In this document: piece by piece, positions 1 to 13,152 of the stretch
Layout: each line of letters starts with the position of its first letter
Numbering within the stretch: position 1 is the first letter of the stretch
Made by a program: the position numbers and the translations under genes
Source of the DNA: Selaginella moellendorffii
Taxonomy: Eukaryota; Plantae; Lycopodiophyta
Direction: 5' to 3'
DNA length: 64,000 nt
Assembly: GCF_000143415.4 (NCBI RefSeq)
Contig: NW_003314262.1
Location: 5,225,876-5,289,875 of the forward strand
Notes under the pieces: model-generated
What the model saw: the letters and a program-made list of their open reading frames with translations, nothing else
Told to the model about the DNA's origin: nothing
Database searches by the model: none

Positions 1-608
1 GAGAACATGATAATTTAGGAGTTACTTTAAGACACTCATTGAACGAAATTTTAGAGGAATATAGTGTTGTGATGTTAAACCTTGCTGCATCATATTTTAT
101 TATAAAGACTGAGCATTTTCTTATTTATTATTTTATTAGACATTATAATCCTCAACAACATAGGACACAACAGATTTTAGTGAAACCCATAAAATGTAAT
201 ATATTTGCAAGTTTTTTGATAAGTGGTTATGTTGATATGCCTCATCAATATTTACTATCTACCCAGTTTTTAATTTCGTCAAATAGAGAAGTATATTTAT
301 ATTTAGGTGCTAATTGCAACTTAGGTTTATATAAAGGTAATACTAAATTATGGTTTCCAAAAAAATTACTTAATGGAAATAATTGCATTTTAAGACTACA
401 AGAAGATGGAAATTTAGTTTTATATTCAGATCATAAAATAGTTATTTGGGCCACAGAAACATATTGTACTTATTATAATTGTTATCAGGATGCATATTTA
501 GTGGTTCAAAATAATTGCAATTTAGTTCTATATTTTGCGTATCAGAAAACATTTAGTACTCACCCTAAATTAAAACTTGCATGGGATTCAAAGACATTAT
601 GCTATTAA
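1..608 (+). CDS. Bulb-type (GNA/B-lectin) mannose-binding lectin domain protein with an unrecognised N-terminal extension; 5'-truncated by the window edge
   Basis: Frame is open from base 3 (EHDNLGVTLRHSLNE...). Contains QxDxNxVxY-type motifs LQEDGNLVLY and VQNNCNLVLY, plus GANCNLGLY. Intronless and very AT-rich. Confidence 0.85.
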   Translation, partial: EHDNLGVTLRHSLNEILEEYSVVMLNLAASYFIIKTEHFLIYYFIRHYNPQQHRTQQILVKPIKCNIFASFLISGYVDMPHQYLLSTQFLISSNREVYLYLGANCNLGLYKGNTKLWFPKKLLNGNNCILRLQEDGNLVLYSDHKIVIWATETYCTYYNCYQDAYLVVQNNCNLVLYFAYQKTFSTHPKLKLAWDSKTLCY

Positions 609-801
609 ATATATTCAAATATATTTCATCATTTCACTAAAAGAGTTCTGGCTTCATGTTGATACATTTTAAAGATAAGAAAAATGATATATATAATATG
701 GGTCATTACTAAGTAAATATGTAAGTTAACAATGGTAAAAACAAAATATTTACCATCTATTATTTAGAGTCACAATTTTTTCCAAGCTTGTCTAGTAAAC
801 T

Positions 802-920
802 AAAAAGAACTCTTTGTTTCTACTTGGGGCAGCTTGCATGCCTGGACTTCCTTCTGGAAATGCTTCTTCTTCACCTATTTGGTTTTATTCATTGAAATGA
901 CAGAAGTGAAAGATATTTGT
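802..920 (-). pseudogene. Decayed duplicate of the LACS terminal exon and flanking bases
   Basis: tttgtttctacttggggc...ccttctggaaatgctt...cttcacct...attgaaatga.agaagtga aligns with 1622-1760, with several small deletions. Confidence 0.8.
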
Positions 921-1638
921 ATTAGCTTCTGGTGTAGAGCCAAACAAAACTTTTGCTATATTCTTTATAAAATTTACAATTTCATAACAACACCCCCCGC
1001 CCCCCCAATTGCGCCGCATGACTACAAAACTGTAGAATTTCTTGTACCAATTGTAGAGTTTAATAGATAAATTTGATTGTAATTAAAGTTTTGTTGATGC
1101 CTGGTGGTATGAGCATAGAAGCTCCGCAACTCCCCATAGCAATTGATCTTGTTTACCCTGGGAGGTCTCTAGCGCAAGAGTTGGGTCATGAAGGGCATTA
1201 TTCTGAGTTCACGTCACAAACACTCTCCCGTTTTTCTTACAACGGTTTCTCATACACCAGTCTACATTTCTATACATCTAATAGAAAGCCCCATAAATGC
1301 AACTGGTGCAAGTCACAACATTGGAAGATTGGTAATCCAGCTCAAGGACTGGACAATATCTAATCCTTGATAGATCTATATTCCATATTAAATGTTATTT
1401 TTATTGTCATGCCTCAACATTGATCACGAAAAGGAAACGAGCTAGATGCCAAGAGTGAGTTCCAGCTCACAATATTTCTTACGGGCATGAAAGCAGATGT
1501 GCCTAGACGATATTTTCGTCATCGAAGTATATGCCCTTCTGTTACACTCGTAGCTCCTATCAGTTCCACAGAGAATCTCTTTTCCTCCATGATATGTTAT
1601 TCGACACTTATTTAGAGAAGCAAAAGAGCTTTTTGTTT

Positions 1639-4600
1639 CTACTTGGGGCTGGCAGCGATTGCATCGTACATGGCTTGGATTTCCTTCTGGAAATGCTTTT
1701 TAGCTTGCGGCCGCTTCACCTGTTTGGTTCCATTGATTGAAATGAGAGAAGTGAGAGATTATTTTATGTTTTGTTTCTACGTACCTTGAAAGTGGGAGTG
1801 AGCAACCCATTCTCCAGAGTGAATGGCTCCGCTACCAAATGAACAGCCTTTGCAAATTCGAATCCTCTCAACTGCAAAGCAACCCGGCCAGATTGTCATC
1901 CCATCAGAACATTTGGAAACTCGGACATACCTGGGAGTCGCGAGCAACGGCGTCCATGTCTGCTAGCACCGCGGCCTTCACGACAGGATCTTCGCAGAGT
2001 TTAACTAGATCATCAGCATGCTGCACAAGGAAAGACACCATTTTAGAAGCAAGGAACTCTGAGAATACCAAGTAGCACCTTGATTCCTCTTGCTTTTGCC
2101 CACACAGGAAGCGTCTCCGGATCCACCACCACGATTGCTACCGCACTCGCGTTTAGACTATCGCCTGTTACAATCGAAGAGAATTGTGTCAAAACCGAGT
2201 CACACATAGGGAGAAAACTTTGCCATGCTATTCAGCGACCGATCCTTTCGCCAGGTGGACTCGCTAGACACAAAACAAAATTGTTCTCACCGTAGACGAA
2301 ACACTGAGCAACGAACTTGCTTTTTTGATAGACATTCTCAATCTTCTCTGGCGCTATGTATTCACCCTGTGCAAGCTTAAAAATGTTCTTTTTCCTGGCA
2401 AAAAATGACGTCAAGCAAAATCGAATGACACAAAGCACGTTACCGGTCAATAATTCTCAGCTTCCCGTCAGGTAGCCAGAGACCAATATCACCTGTGTGC
2501 AACCAGCCCTCAGGATCAAGAACTTCTTTCCTGGAAAAGAACAGTGTAAGTGAGAGGCCTAAAGTTATAAGAAAAGTATACGTTTGAACTTCGTCTTTGT
2601 AATAGCCCTTAAATATACTTGGTCCCCTGACACATATTTCTCCCCGGGGATATGGCTTGTCCTGGCTTGTATATTCCATCTCGGTGACATCTTCAAGCTT
2701 GATTTCTACAAGAGCACTCAAAAGTTCCAAATCTCAGCTTACTTAATTCTGAAATCATACCACAAGACGAGTTGGGAGCTCCGACATGGCCTGACGTGTT
2801 GTCTCCTTCTTGACAAGAAGAAATGAGGCACGCCGTTTCTGTCATCCCATAGCCTTCGAGTACGCACGCACCAAAGCATCTGTGACATTAACATCTCGAT
2901 GTCAGATCCATTTTTTTGTGTCCGTGTAGGACACTCACATTCTTAAGAAGTCCAAAACCTCTGGAGAAATAGGAGAGGCACCAGATAATATGAGCCTTAC
3001 CCGGCCTCCAAGCCTTGCCTTGATCTTGTTAAAAACAAGACGGTCCCAAATAGGAGAAGGAGTCTTATCTGTAAAACCGCCGTCAGGGAGAACATGTATG
3101 GAGAAAAGTAACCTTTCTCAAGAGCCTGCCGCTTTGCGTTGAAGGCCACATTGAAAAGTTTCTCCCGCAGCCCACCAGATGATTGAACTGTGGTTACAAT
3201 TCTGCAACAGAGACTGAGAAAAGGCGGAACTTTAAGAAGACACCTGACCTATCATAAATTCTGTTGTAGAGACGAGGAACACTAGCAAAAACTGTAGGCC
3301 TCAGCAACTCTAAATCATCCATGAGCTTCAAAATGTCCTGCAAGATGAAGAGTTAGCACAGAACTATAACAGGGAAGGCTCCTACCCCTTGATAAAATCC
3401 TAAAGAGGCTCCATAATGTGCCATAGCTATTATGTTCGTCCTCTCGTAAATATGTGCTAAAGGTAAATAAGAAATATGTCTGGTACATAGCCATTTGGTC
3501 AAAGGTTCGAAAAATAAAGTATTTCCCACTCACACATCTGAAGGGTACAACTTGATCGTCAAACAGGCACCTGAACAGCTGGCCACAAGGTTATGGTGGC
3601 TAAGCATCGCTCCCTGTAAAGAAAATTCCCTTCTTAACTTGAACAGTCGCAAAGCCTTAACCTTTGGTGTGCCCGTTGTCCCGCTAGTATAGCATATCGT
3701 TGCAATATCGTCAGGCATAGGCGGAATAAATGGCCTTTCATCGATTCGACCCTGCATGTAAGCTTTGAGGACACATCAGAATCGAGGTAAATGAAATACC
3801 TGTGCTTCAAATTTTGAATAGGATACAATCTCTACTCCAGACGTTTGTGGGAGTGAAGGAAGTAAATGTTCCGAACCTCCAATGACCTGAACAAATGATA
3901 AAAATGTTCATCCAACAAATACAAATATATCAAGATTCTACCACAACAAGCCGCACAGATGGAAGGTCTGAAAGACAGCTGAGAAGCTGCAAGCACAAAG
4001 AATATTAAAGAACATGTAAATGTAGAAGCTACGAAAAAAAAAAAAAACACAAACCGTATTTAATTTATCTGCAGTACAAAAGACAGCTGAAAGCTCAGCG
4101 TGATTGATGATAAATGTGACCGCATCAGCACCTGAAAGATAAAAACATTCGGGTGATGATCATCAAACAGGTCATAACGTACCAAGTGTGTCATATAACG
4201 GAACAGAGACGTAAGAGTATGACGAACAGGCGTGCTCAATAACTATCCATTCAGCACGATTAATCATGTAGAGTCCGATACCCGACCCCTGCAAACAATT
4301 AAGTTAAATCCCGTGCATACAGATTCAAAGTTCCACCTTTGGGATCCCACGAGAAACAAGACTCGATCCAATAGCCGTTCGCGCGTCACCAGCTTCTCCA
4401 TAAGTAACCCATCTGTACCTGTTAGACGAACCGAGTAAAACCAAGTCCGTGTTTTAGATTGTCTTACTCTCCAACAGTCCCATCTTCGCGAACTCTTGTC
4501 CCAAGATACTTGGAGTCACCATAGGAGCGAACGGCGTACCTGAAATTCGAGCGTGATCATAACATCCCAGCTTCACTCTTGTACTTACACAAAGTTGTCG

Positions 4601-5016
4601 TGCAGTGTGAGAATTTCCGGATGATTTGGGAAGTGATCCACGAGCTTCAGAGGAGATCGAATGGACCTATGCAGCAAGTGAAAAATTGATAAAGCACAAT
4701 ATTAGTTAATCCACAGTACCTATACACATTCCACTTCCCATTTTTAAGCTTTTCGGGAAGAATAACACTATAGCCTTGCTCTGCGAAGCAGCATATCAAT
4801 ACAAGAGCCAGGATTAAATTGAAGCATCACCCACCAATGAAAAATTCTCCAGCTGTTGGATGAAAATCGAGCAGCTGCGATTGCCCTACAGCGGAAAAGA
4901 GAAAAAGAAAAAATGAAGAAAAATCAGCCGTTTCAATCCTGGAAAAGGCCTTTACCTGTCGCGAGACTGGCAATATGCCCGTGGATGATCTTGAGCCGGC
5001 GCTGAGCTGAATCCAT
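1639..5016 (-). CDS. LACS6: Peroxisomal long-chain acyl-CoA synthetase (LACS6/7 type), about 20 or more exons
   Basis: Start [15 protein letters not shown] contains a PTS2-like nonapeptide. AMP-binding motif [12 protein letters not shown], plus GWLHTGDIG and [22 protein letters not shown]. Last exon [26 protein letters not shown], with TAG at 1639-1641. Confidence 0.93.
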
Positions 5017-5427
5017 CCAGTATCTCCCACAATGTTTCCCACAATCAATTGACCTTTCTTTCCCGCAGTTTTTTCTTGCCCTCGATCAGATACTCACTCG
5101 ATTCACAGCTCCAGGGCACCCGATCAATCGATTGCTAGGAGGAAACGAATCCAAATCCCTCACCGATGCATTGGAATGCGGCTCGTCATCTACCAGAACA
5201 ATGATCGAAGCCGCGGATCGAGACAAACTAGCATTGCCAAACCTGGTAGGGCGCCAGGAGCAAGGAGAAAAAAAACTAAAAGGGGATACGTGTTGTCAAG
5301 AGTTTCACCTATTTGAGGCGGTGAAATTCCACGGATATTCCAAATAGGGCATATTCGCCGCATCACATCCAACTTTATCCATTTTGTTTATGTACACGGT
5401 TAATCCGCAACCGTCCCGTTGGCTCAG

Positions 5428-7915
5428 CTACTCGCTGGCGTAGTCATCTTCGTCTCCAAACGTAAACACGGAGGCGTCCGCCGCGATCGCCCGGAAGTCA
5501 TTCGATTCATCCTCAGCCTTCTCCTTCTTGCTGGGATGATCTTCCTTGACATGGACGTAGTCACTGGATTCGTCCTTGTCTGATCGAGCTTTGGGAGCTT
5601 CTTCCGCCGCCGGAGACGAATCGGATGACTTTGGACGATTCTCGCTGCTCACTACTGCTGCTGCTGCTGCTCCACAGCTTAACTCCGGTTCCGGATGCTT
5701 TGGAGCTGTAGTCTCGACGCGAACACCCTGGTTCTCCTTTCTGTGAGAATCGCCATCTTCACTATCACTGAATACGTCGTCGTTCTCGCGGGATTCTGTG
5801 TCGGGTGATCGCTGGGGAGCCTGTGGCAGCGGTGGGCTTTCGCGAGGAGGTACAGGAGGGACACTCGCGTTTGGATCCAGAATTACCACTTCTACTTGAA
5901 AGCCTGGAGAAGGAAGCCTCCTCTGGAAGAAACGAAACAGTCAAGGTGAGATTTTAAAGCAAGCTTAAGCACCTTGTCGAACCCATCGAGATCTGACACG
6001 TTGAGAATTTGTCTTGTCTCCATCATGGTTGTGTTTAGCCAGCTGAGAGCATTTTAAAAACGTTCAACTTGGCTCACCAAAGCCACTTGAACTCACCAGT
6101 AAAAGTCTCCGTGGCGGTCCTGAAAAAGGATTTTGAAATCGCCATCAAGATCCGCGACACACCTCTCTCCGGGCAAAGCGAACACCATTATCCCTCTCCT
6201 GGGTGCACTGAACCAGAAATCTTCAGGCTGCACCGGCAGTACGACGAACATAAGAGCGAGAAGGGATGATGACACGAAAGAAAAGCATCTACCATCATGT
6301 CTTTCGTCCTCGGATGTTTTTTTGTTGAGAACAATATGCCTGAAAGCAGATGATGAGACTTGCACTTCAACCGTATTAGTTACCAACCATTGTGATCGGA
6401 TACTGTGATGGCTGGTCTGATCCAATAAGGGCACCTATGAAGCCTGATCCCCCTAAGAATGCACCTGCGATGTAGAGGGCCAGATAAAAACACAGTTTTG
6501 CTGTGAACTACAGCTCACTTTCGCCCGGCTGGTGTTTCTCCGTTGAATTCCTTTAGAACGCGTTCAAAATACTTGACATAACGCTGCAAAGAAGGCCAAG
6601 TATCAGTTCAGCATCACAAGAGCAGGACATTACAATTTGACTCGGTAGAATAAGACCCTTGCTATCGATGCACCGCCTCTCGTTATAGTTTGCGATGCAT
6701 TCTTCGGCAGTCGGAAAAAACTGTAGCATAAAAGTTGTGGCAGGATAGACTCTAAAAAAGTGTTACCTTAAGATACAGAAGAAGACACGATATCATCAAC
6801 CCGGTGCGCGCTTTCCCCGCTTTGCAATGAACCACTACGACGTTGTCGAGGTTCTCTTTAAGCCAACCATATGCACTTCGACAGAAGGCCAAGACCAATT
6901 GCAGTGGGGGACAATTGTGATCGTCGAATGGAAACGATGCAACCTGCGGGACATCCAAAAATCAATACAAAGCAGGCACGAAGGCAGTCGTTTGTCTACC
7001 TTGCCTTCCAGCAAAGAAACATCGTAAAGCCTTTCAGAGCAAAGGTTGTACACTTTGTACTTCCCCTACAATGAAACACACAGAATCAAGGCAAGAGAGA
7101 TCAATACAACACTGTCTCACCTTATGTTGCGTTTCGAAAAACCTTATAACTTCCTCCATATGGTTTCTGTAAAATCCCTGTGCAAACCGAGAAGCCCATA
7201 AGCATTGCCGAATTAAAAAAGAGAAAGAAAAATCACCTCAACGTAGCCAAGGATACCAGAGCTCATGTCGCCGGCAGGAAAGCCCATGGCGATAATGCTA
7301 TCAGTGATATACGTCATGTCCAAGTCGAAGCCACCTTCCTACAAAGCAAAGAATTAGAAAAACAAAACAAGCACACACAAAACATACCTGATAGCGTCGT
7401 TTGTTCTGCGAGACCAAATGCCTAGCTCTTGTTTGGACCACCTTGACTGCATTCCTGGACGAGTCGAGAAATCCCTTCGTGAAAGTACCAAATGCCCCGT
7501 CTTGAGCTTGAGCCGGGGCTGTTGTGGTGGGCAATTCGTCGTCCACCACTGGGATCTTGGCCGGGACTCTCTTCCCAAATCCACTGGAGAGAATGCTGAA
7601 AGGCGACTTGGAGTCCTTGGGCGAGCTCGCATTTGAATTCTCTTTGGCATCTTTCGGAGAGATTGGGAGCTTCAAGCTCTTGGCCCACGTCGAAATCCCA
7701 GCCACTGAGAGCTTGGACGGCGCCTCTGTAGATCCGTCACCTGGAGTAGCGGCGGCTGTTCTCGAGAAGAAACTGGCGCTCCTCTGGTAGAATTTCGACC
7801 GCTGCTGAGTCGCCGCAGCAGCTCCCTCCGTAACCGAAATCTCGACAGGCACCTCCGACGGCTCCACCGATACGCTCACGGGAGCTTCCGGCGAGCTCTC
7901 CATCGAGATCTGCAT
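5428..7915 (-). CDS. PTEN2: Phosphoinositide phosphatase / protein-tyrosine phosphatase, PTEN2-like, multi-exon
   Basis: RHLVSQNKRRYQ, YNLCSERLYD, FPFDDHNCPPL and catalytic HCKAGKARTG. C2-like region and acidic tail ASVFTFGDEDDYASE. Start could be the ATG at 7915 or 7903. Confidence 0.92.
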
Positions 7916-8166
7916 GGAAGAACTCGAGCTGAGCCAGAATAGGGAGAGAAATCGCGCATCCGGCGGCTAACCCACAGCATTTCATCCAGTCTGTGCCAAT
8001 GTGGCCAATACCTGAGAGCGCTCCCACGCCTCGCGAGCTAGAGATCCATCGATGGAAAGAACAAACCCTAGGGGCTCTGCCACGTGGCACTTTTATTACT
8101 AATCTTGCGAGTTAGTTCGCTTTAGGGCTCTTCCGTAAAACACGGAGAAGAGCTCTGTCTCTATCC

Positions 8167-8743
8167 ATGGCGATCGAAGCTCCAGCAATTCAAGATTTTG
8201 ATCCTCAGCACCATCAACACTACGGCACCTTCTCGCCCCTTGATCCCGCCCGGAGATCCTCACAATATCCCGGGAGCCTTCCAGGTCTCGAATTCGATTT
8301 TGCGATCGCGCCGCGCTGCTCGATCTCGCCAAAACTATGATCAAGTTTCCTATTCTGGTTGTGGCAGTAGCGATCGCTGAGGGGCGCGCCTTGTACGCCT
8401 CTCGAATCGTCCGCGAGGAGGAGCCCCCACTCCCGCTTTGCAACATTGGCATTGGATGGTTTCTGTGAGTTCTTTGGATCCCGTGCCTAAGATCTAAATT
8501 GGATAAGTCACTCCAGATTCGCGATTGGATTCGTTAGCATCATCCCCTGGTTCGTGGGCGCGATCATCTTCGCCTGCTTCACGCACGATTGGAGAGAAAG
8601 GGCTGGGCTCGCAGCGTGTACGGTGGCTGTAAGCAATCTATACGATCGCTCCACAAAGTTCTAGCTGATCTTTCTTGCTAAGCACGATTTCTTGCGCGCA
8701 GGCGTTCGTGGCAATCCTCGTCGGAGGCTCTCGGTTCTTGTGA
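8167..8743 (+). CDS. Small plant membrane protein of the so-called '60S ribosomal protein L18a-like' family (4 exons; not in the ORF track)
   Basis: Spliced reading MAIEAPAIQDFDPQHHQHYGTF...VAIAEGR...LPLCNIGIGWFL/FAIGFVSIIPWFVGAIIF...DWRERAGLAACTVA/AFVAILVGGSRFL*, with GT-AG introns. Confidence 0.8.
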
Positions 8744-9091
8744 TCGAGATCACAATGCCACGAAAACAACCAATTTGCCGTGCGCGGGACCCGATCTGTA
8801 CACGTGGCACCTTCACGTGCTTTAATTTTATTTTACCGTAAATAATCTATTTTAGCACTTCTATGGAAGAACCCTAAAAGAACTATTTCCACTAAAAATG
8901 TAGGTTTTATAGATATAGAAAATGTGCGTGACTGAACTGGCCAACTTCGATTAATCGTTCAAAGGAAACGACCATCAAGCTAGCGCAGGATCCAGTCATA
9001 GAGAAAAAATCGCGAATCAATCGATCTAGAGCTACAGCCACAGAGAGAAAAGACAATAACAAAAGGGAGAAACATACAAACCAAGTTTCGA

Positions 9092-10303
9092 TCACACTCT
9101 ACCGTGAGCATTGAACTGCGGCTCCTGCGCGTAAGGATTGGACGAGTTCCTCGCGTTCTTCACGGGCGAGGACGACGATTTGCTTCTCCGCCGCTGGAAA
9201 TAGATCGCCCAAGTCACGGCCTCGAGGATGAGCGCGACGACGCCCAGCGCGATGATGATCCCAATGTAGGCGTTCTTCCATCCCTTGGCCGGGTCCAGGA
9301 TGTCGAATCCCTTGAAGATGTTGGCGATGGCGAGCGCGATCGTGGCGTAGCCAATGCCGTGGTGATAGGCGTTCCAAAACGTCCTGTAGCTGTGCGTCTT
9401 GTTCGGCCGGAGCACGATCGCGAACACCTGGAGCGTCCCAAACACGAACATCGTGATCCCAATGTTCCTGTGCGTGTTGTATCTCACTCCAACCGAGTCG
9501 GATCCCAGGCGGAGCCCGATCGCCCAGCCCACCACCCCGAGGATGTATCCCAGCGTCTGGCACGCGACGTGGAGGTAGAACCAAGTTGGATCGGCCCACT
9601 CGAACGATCGGAGGTAGCGCGCGGACATGGCACCGATCGGGAGGAGGATCCCCCAGCCGAGAGCGTTGAGGATGCCGTGCGCGTTCCGGAGGTGGAGCCG
9701 CGGGATCCCGGCCGAGCTCGCGGCGCCAGTGGCGAGATCGAGGCTCCCGGCCGAGGACGTGGAGGCTTGGTCCAGAGCGTGGGCTTGTGGAGCGTCGCCA
9801 TTCACCTGGCTCCCCCGGTTCCAGATGTGGAAGATGTTGCTACTCGGGCTGGTGAGGCGGAGTAGCGCGGTGAATCTCGCGGTGGTGCCTTGGATCTCCA
9901 CAGCCTGGGCGAGGACGGTCACGTCGGTGGTGGAATTTCTCAAGATAGCCTGCCGCGAGCCCGTGAGGCTGTAGAGCATGAGATGGCTGCCCGATGCGTT
10001 GCTGAAAGCGATGAGCGCCGAGGCCCCGTCCATCGCCGCTCGGCTTGGATTGTAGCCCCAGCCCACCCAGCCGGACGCGCTGGGGAGAGAGCCCGAGAAG
10101 GCGATCTCCAGGGTCCGGTTCTCGGCGATGAAGGTCCAGGCGATCGCCGCCCCTTGCGACAGGCTCTGGCACTGCATGAAGCTCGACTGCGTGTTCGCGA
10201 TCGTGAGCTGCCGCGAGCACTGCTGGGCCGCCGATGGAGCGATGAGCGCCGAGAGGGCAAGGATCGAGATAAATATCGCCATTCTTGCTGTTGCCGAGGC
10301 CAT
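9092..10303 (-). CDS. DOMON plus cytochrome b561 domain protein (AIR12-like / CYBDOM), intronless
   Basis: Signal peptide, DOMON motif GWVGWGYNP..AAMDG, and heme histidines in NAHGILNALGWGILLP, WFYLHVACQ, THRNIG and WNAYHHGIGY. Confidence 0.93.
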   Translation of the reverse strand: MASATARMAIFISILALSALIAPSAAQQCSRQLTIANTQSSFMQCQSLSQGAAIAWTFIAENRTLEIAFSGSLPSASGWVGWGYNPSRAAMDGASALIAFSNASGSHLMLYSLTGSRQAILRNSTTDVTVLAQAVEIQGTTARFTALLRLTSPSSNIFHIWNRGSQVNGDAPQAHALDQASTSSAGSLDLATGAASSAGIPRLHLRNAHGILNALGWGILLPIGAMSARYLRSFEWADPTWFYLHVACQTLGYILGVVGWAIGLRLGSDSVGVRYNTHRNIGITMFVFGTLQVFAIVLRPNKTHSYRTFWNAYHHGIGYATIALAIANIFKGFDILDPAKGWKNAYIGIIIALGVVALILEAVTWAIYFQRRRSKSSSSPVKNARNSSNPYAQEPQFNAHGRV

Positions 10304-10356
10304 TGCTCGATGGATCGCCACGAAAATTTCGAACGCTATGGAATATCTCGGGCGCT

Positions 10357-10440
10357 TGGATCGAGCAAGGAAGATCGGAATATCGCGAACCTGATCGGTG
10401 GATCGAGCAAGGAAGATCGAAGTATTGGGAACCTGATCGA
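10357..10440. repeat. Tandem 42-bp direct repeat (2 copies) upstream of the DOMON-b561 start
   Basis: tggatcgagcaaggaagatcg(g/a)a(a/g)tat...gaacctgatcg occurs at 10357 and 10399. Confidence 0.8.
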
Positions 10441-11236
10441 TCGCCGGCAGCGCTGCTGCAAGAGGGTTTTGGATCCGGCCGGGTTCTTGGAAGAAGTGCC
10501 ACCCCTGGAAGCTTATATCCTCGCGAATCGCCTAGAACAGGTCGCTGTCCGGTGGAATTTGTTTACTTGTTCATCCTGCTACGAACAACACGGTCATGGT
10601 ACCTAGAATTCCTACAAATCGGCAGAAGCTCACCAGAAGGCGCGAGCGGCATGCGCCAAGCCGGGCCCGACGAAGTCTTTGAGCAGAGGAGCTAGAGCCC
10701 TAAAACCGCGTTGCATGCTCATTATTCGGCCACGTGGAGGCCACGGGTCAGAGACACGTCGACGACCCCGCCGAAATGGAGCCAGCCGTTGGATCTCGGG
10801 CGAATTTGAATAAGAGCCGTCGGATGAGGAGCAGCCATTGAGGACTTTTTGTTTAAAGTTTGGTGGAAGGTAACAATAGTTCTTCCATTCAACACGGCGC
10901 TGGTTTTAGACGAGTGATGTAATGCTGAGGAGAGCATTCGATCGAGAGAGAGAGAGAGAAGCTTCTAATTTGCGAGCTAAGATTTCTATAGCTCCTTTCT
11001 CCTTTCCACCTGGTTCTCTTTCTTTCGTTTTTCACATAATGCGGTTTACAGTTAGATTCTTGGCTCGCAATCAAGCAAAGAGCTACCGCGTCTGCAAGCT
11101 TGGATTCTAAAGCACGAATTTGACGAAAAGAAAGCAAAGACAGAGAAGGAGATCTCCGTACCGTGACACTCCCGACGGATGATAGAGAACTCTACCAAAA
11201 CTTTCTCGTGAACTGGGTGGACTTTGTGGATTGTCG

Positions 11237-12847
11237 TTAGGAAGAGTCGATAGGACTTGAAGAGAGTGTTGAAAGGTAGCTGCCAAGCAATCTTTGGTCC
11301 ATGACCATGCTCGGGATCTAAAAGCAACGCGGAGAGGTTGATCAAAGCCTCAAAGTCGTCGATTCGGCAAAGAAAGAATCCGTACCTTATCTCCGAAGAA
11401 GATCTTTGAATTGTTGGTGATGGACTCGATAAACTTGAGCTCCAGGAACTCCGGAGTTAACTTGAGCTTGTTAGCCTCAGCCTCCCTCATCACCCTTTTG
11501 GAAGAGAAACAATAAAGATCAGATCTTTTCACGCGCCCCAGATGAAAAGAAAGTTGTACCTATAGAAGTTCGCATCAGCCAGGCTCTTCTCCCGGCCCAG
11601 GAAGATTTCGTTCTCGATCTCTTGCTGCCGTTTGGCACTCTCCTTCTCCATGACGCGCTGCTCCATCAGGATTTTACTGACGTGAGCATCCTTCTCGGCC
11701 TCGGTCACAGCTTGTTTCTTGTGAGTCTCGGCTTCTTTCTCCAGGACTTTTTGCCTCTCGACGGCAATCAGTACCTGGGAAACAGAGAGGTTTTAGTGTT
11801 TTGTGAAGCAAAAGTATTGTCCACGAAACGAAAAAAACAAACCTTAGTGCGTTCTTCTTCCATGCTCTCGTAGTTACGAGCAATTGTTGCCGGAATAGTT
11901 GGCTTCGTCACACGCACACCGATAATCTCAATTCCTGGAGCATAGCGTGTGCAGTCTCGCTGGATCGCGTCCTTCATGATCTCGTCGATCTAAAGCCATG
12001 CGATCGTAAGACCAATGGCTTACATACTAAGAATGAACGAACCTGATCGAACTTATCAATGTACACTTCCTGGAGTGAATGCGCGCTGCAAAACTGGTTG
12101 ATTTCATGGTGGATCTTGTCGTAGATCCACGTCTTGTCGTAGCTCACACCGTAGTTGAGAATAGTTTCATACACAAGCTCCTTCTTGAGACGATTCACCA
12201 CCTAAAACCACACCAAAACACGTCACTGCCTCACTTCAAACGACAGCTTTTACACACCTCAATCTTCTCGAAGTAGATCATCACTCCACCCTTCGTACCA
12301 CAGGGAATGTCTTTCACCTGAGAGTCGTCGTAAGAAACACCAACTCATCAAAAGAAAAAATCCCCAAGACTCTTGCCTGATCGGTTTGTATAGTAACTTG
12401 GATAGGCTCGTACTGTGTGAGGATTGGGACCATCAGATGAAAACCTGGGAAAAGAAAGACACAAAGAAATAGCTAAGTTGCTACATCATATATGATGAGA
12501 GCCTAGAGAAGAAATAGAAGGAAAAAAGAAAGGAGCAACAATTACCAGGCTCGGAGATAGTCTTGAGCAAAGCACCGCCTCTCCAGTAGACCCCAACATG
12601 ACCTTCTGGAATCTGGTGGAGCACGCCGAAATTCGTCCCGGCCACAGTGATGGGGACCAAAACCTACAATCGATCGATCCATTTGAGTAAAATATCGACC
12701 TACAGAGCCCGCATTCTTGCATTGATCTACGCGAGCTGCCGCCCGATCGATCGATCTTACCAGTGCGAGCGCCAGTGGGAGGAGCTCCAGCGCCCTCAGG
12801 CCGCCCGCCCCCGGCCTCGGCGAAGGCGTCGTTCTCGTGGCGTCCAT
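11237..12847 (-). CDS. ERLIN: Erlin-like SPFH / band-7 domain protein, multi-exon
   Basis: [65 protein letters not shown] and [13 protein letters not shown]. Ends [12 protein letters not shown]...DSS*. Confidence 0.92.
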
Positions 12848-13152
12848 GATCCAATGGATTGAATGGAAAAACCCTTGTCCCTTACACAAGAAACGTTTAT
12901 ACGGTCTTGTCACGTAGTGTTTCCACTCTCGAGAGAAAAGCCTTCTGCCCGCTCGAGCTCTTCTCCAAAGAACTTCACAAGAGAGGTGGAAGATATTTTT
13001 TCTCCTCGCTACAAAGAGAGAACTTTCTCCATAGCCAAAATGTATTCTTTGACAAAATTGTATGCTTACAGATATAACATGCCTTGTGTATAAGGAACTT
13101 TAGACAAAAAGAAAAAAGAAAGAAAGAAAAATAACGGGCCGATAGTGAGAAA

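Noticed and set aside
9099-10695. Many long overlapping alternative ORFs around the DOMON gene (also around MGL, MAG2 and RRG)
   Set aside because: These are shadow frames expected from high-GC codon usage. Only one frame has family motifs.
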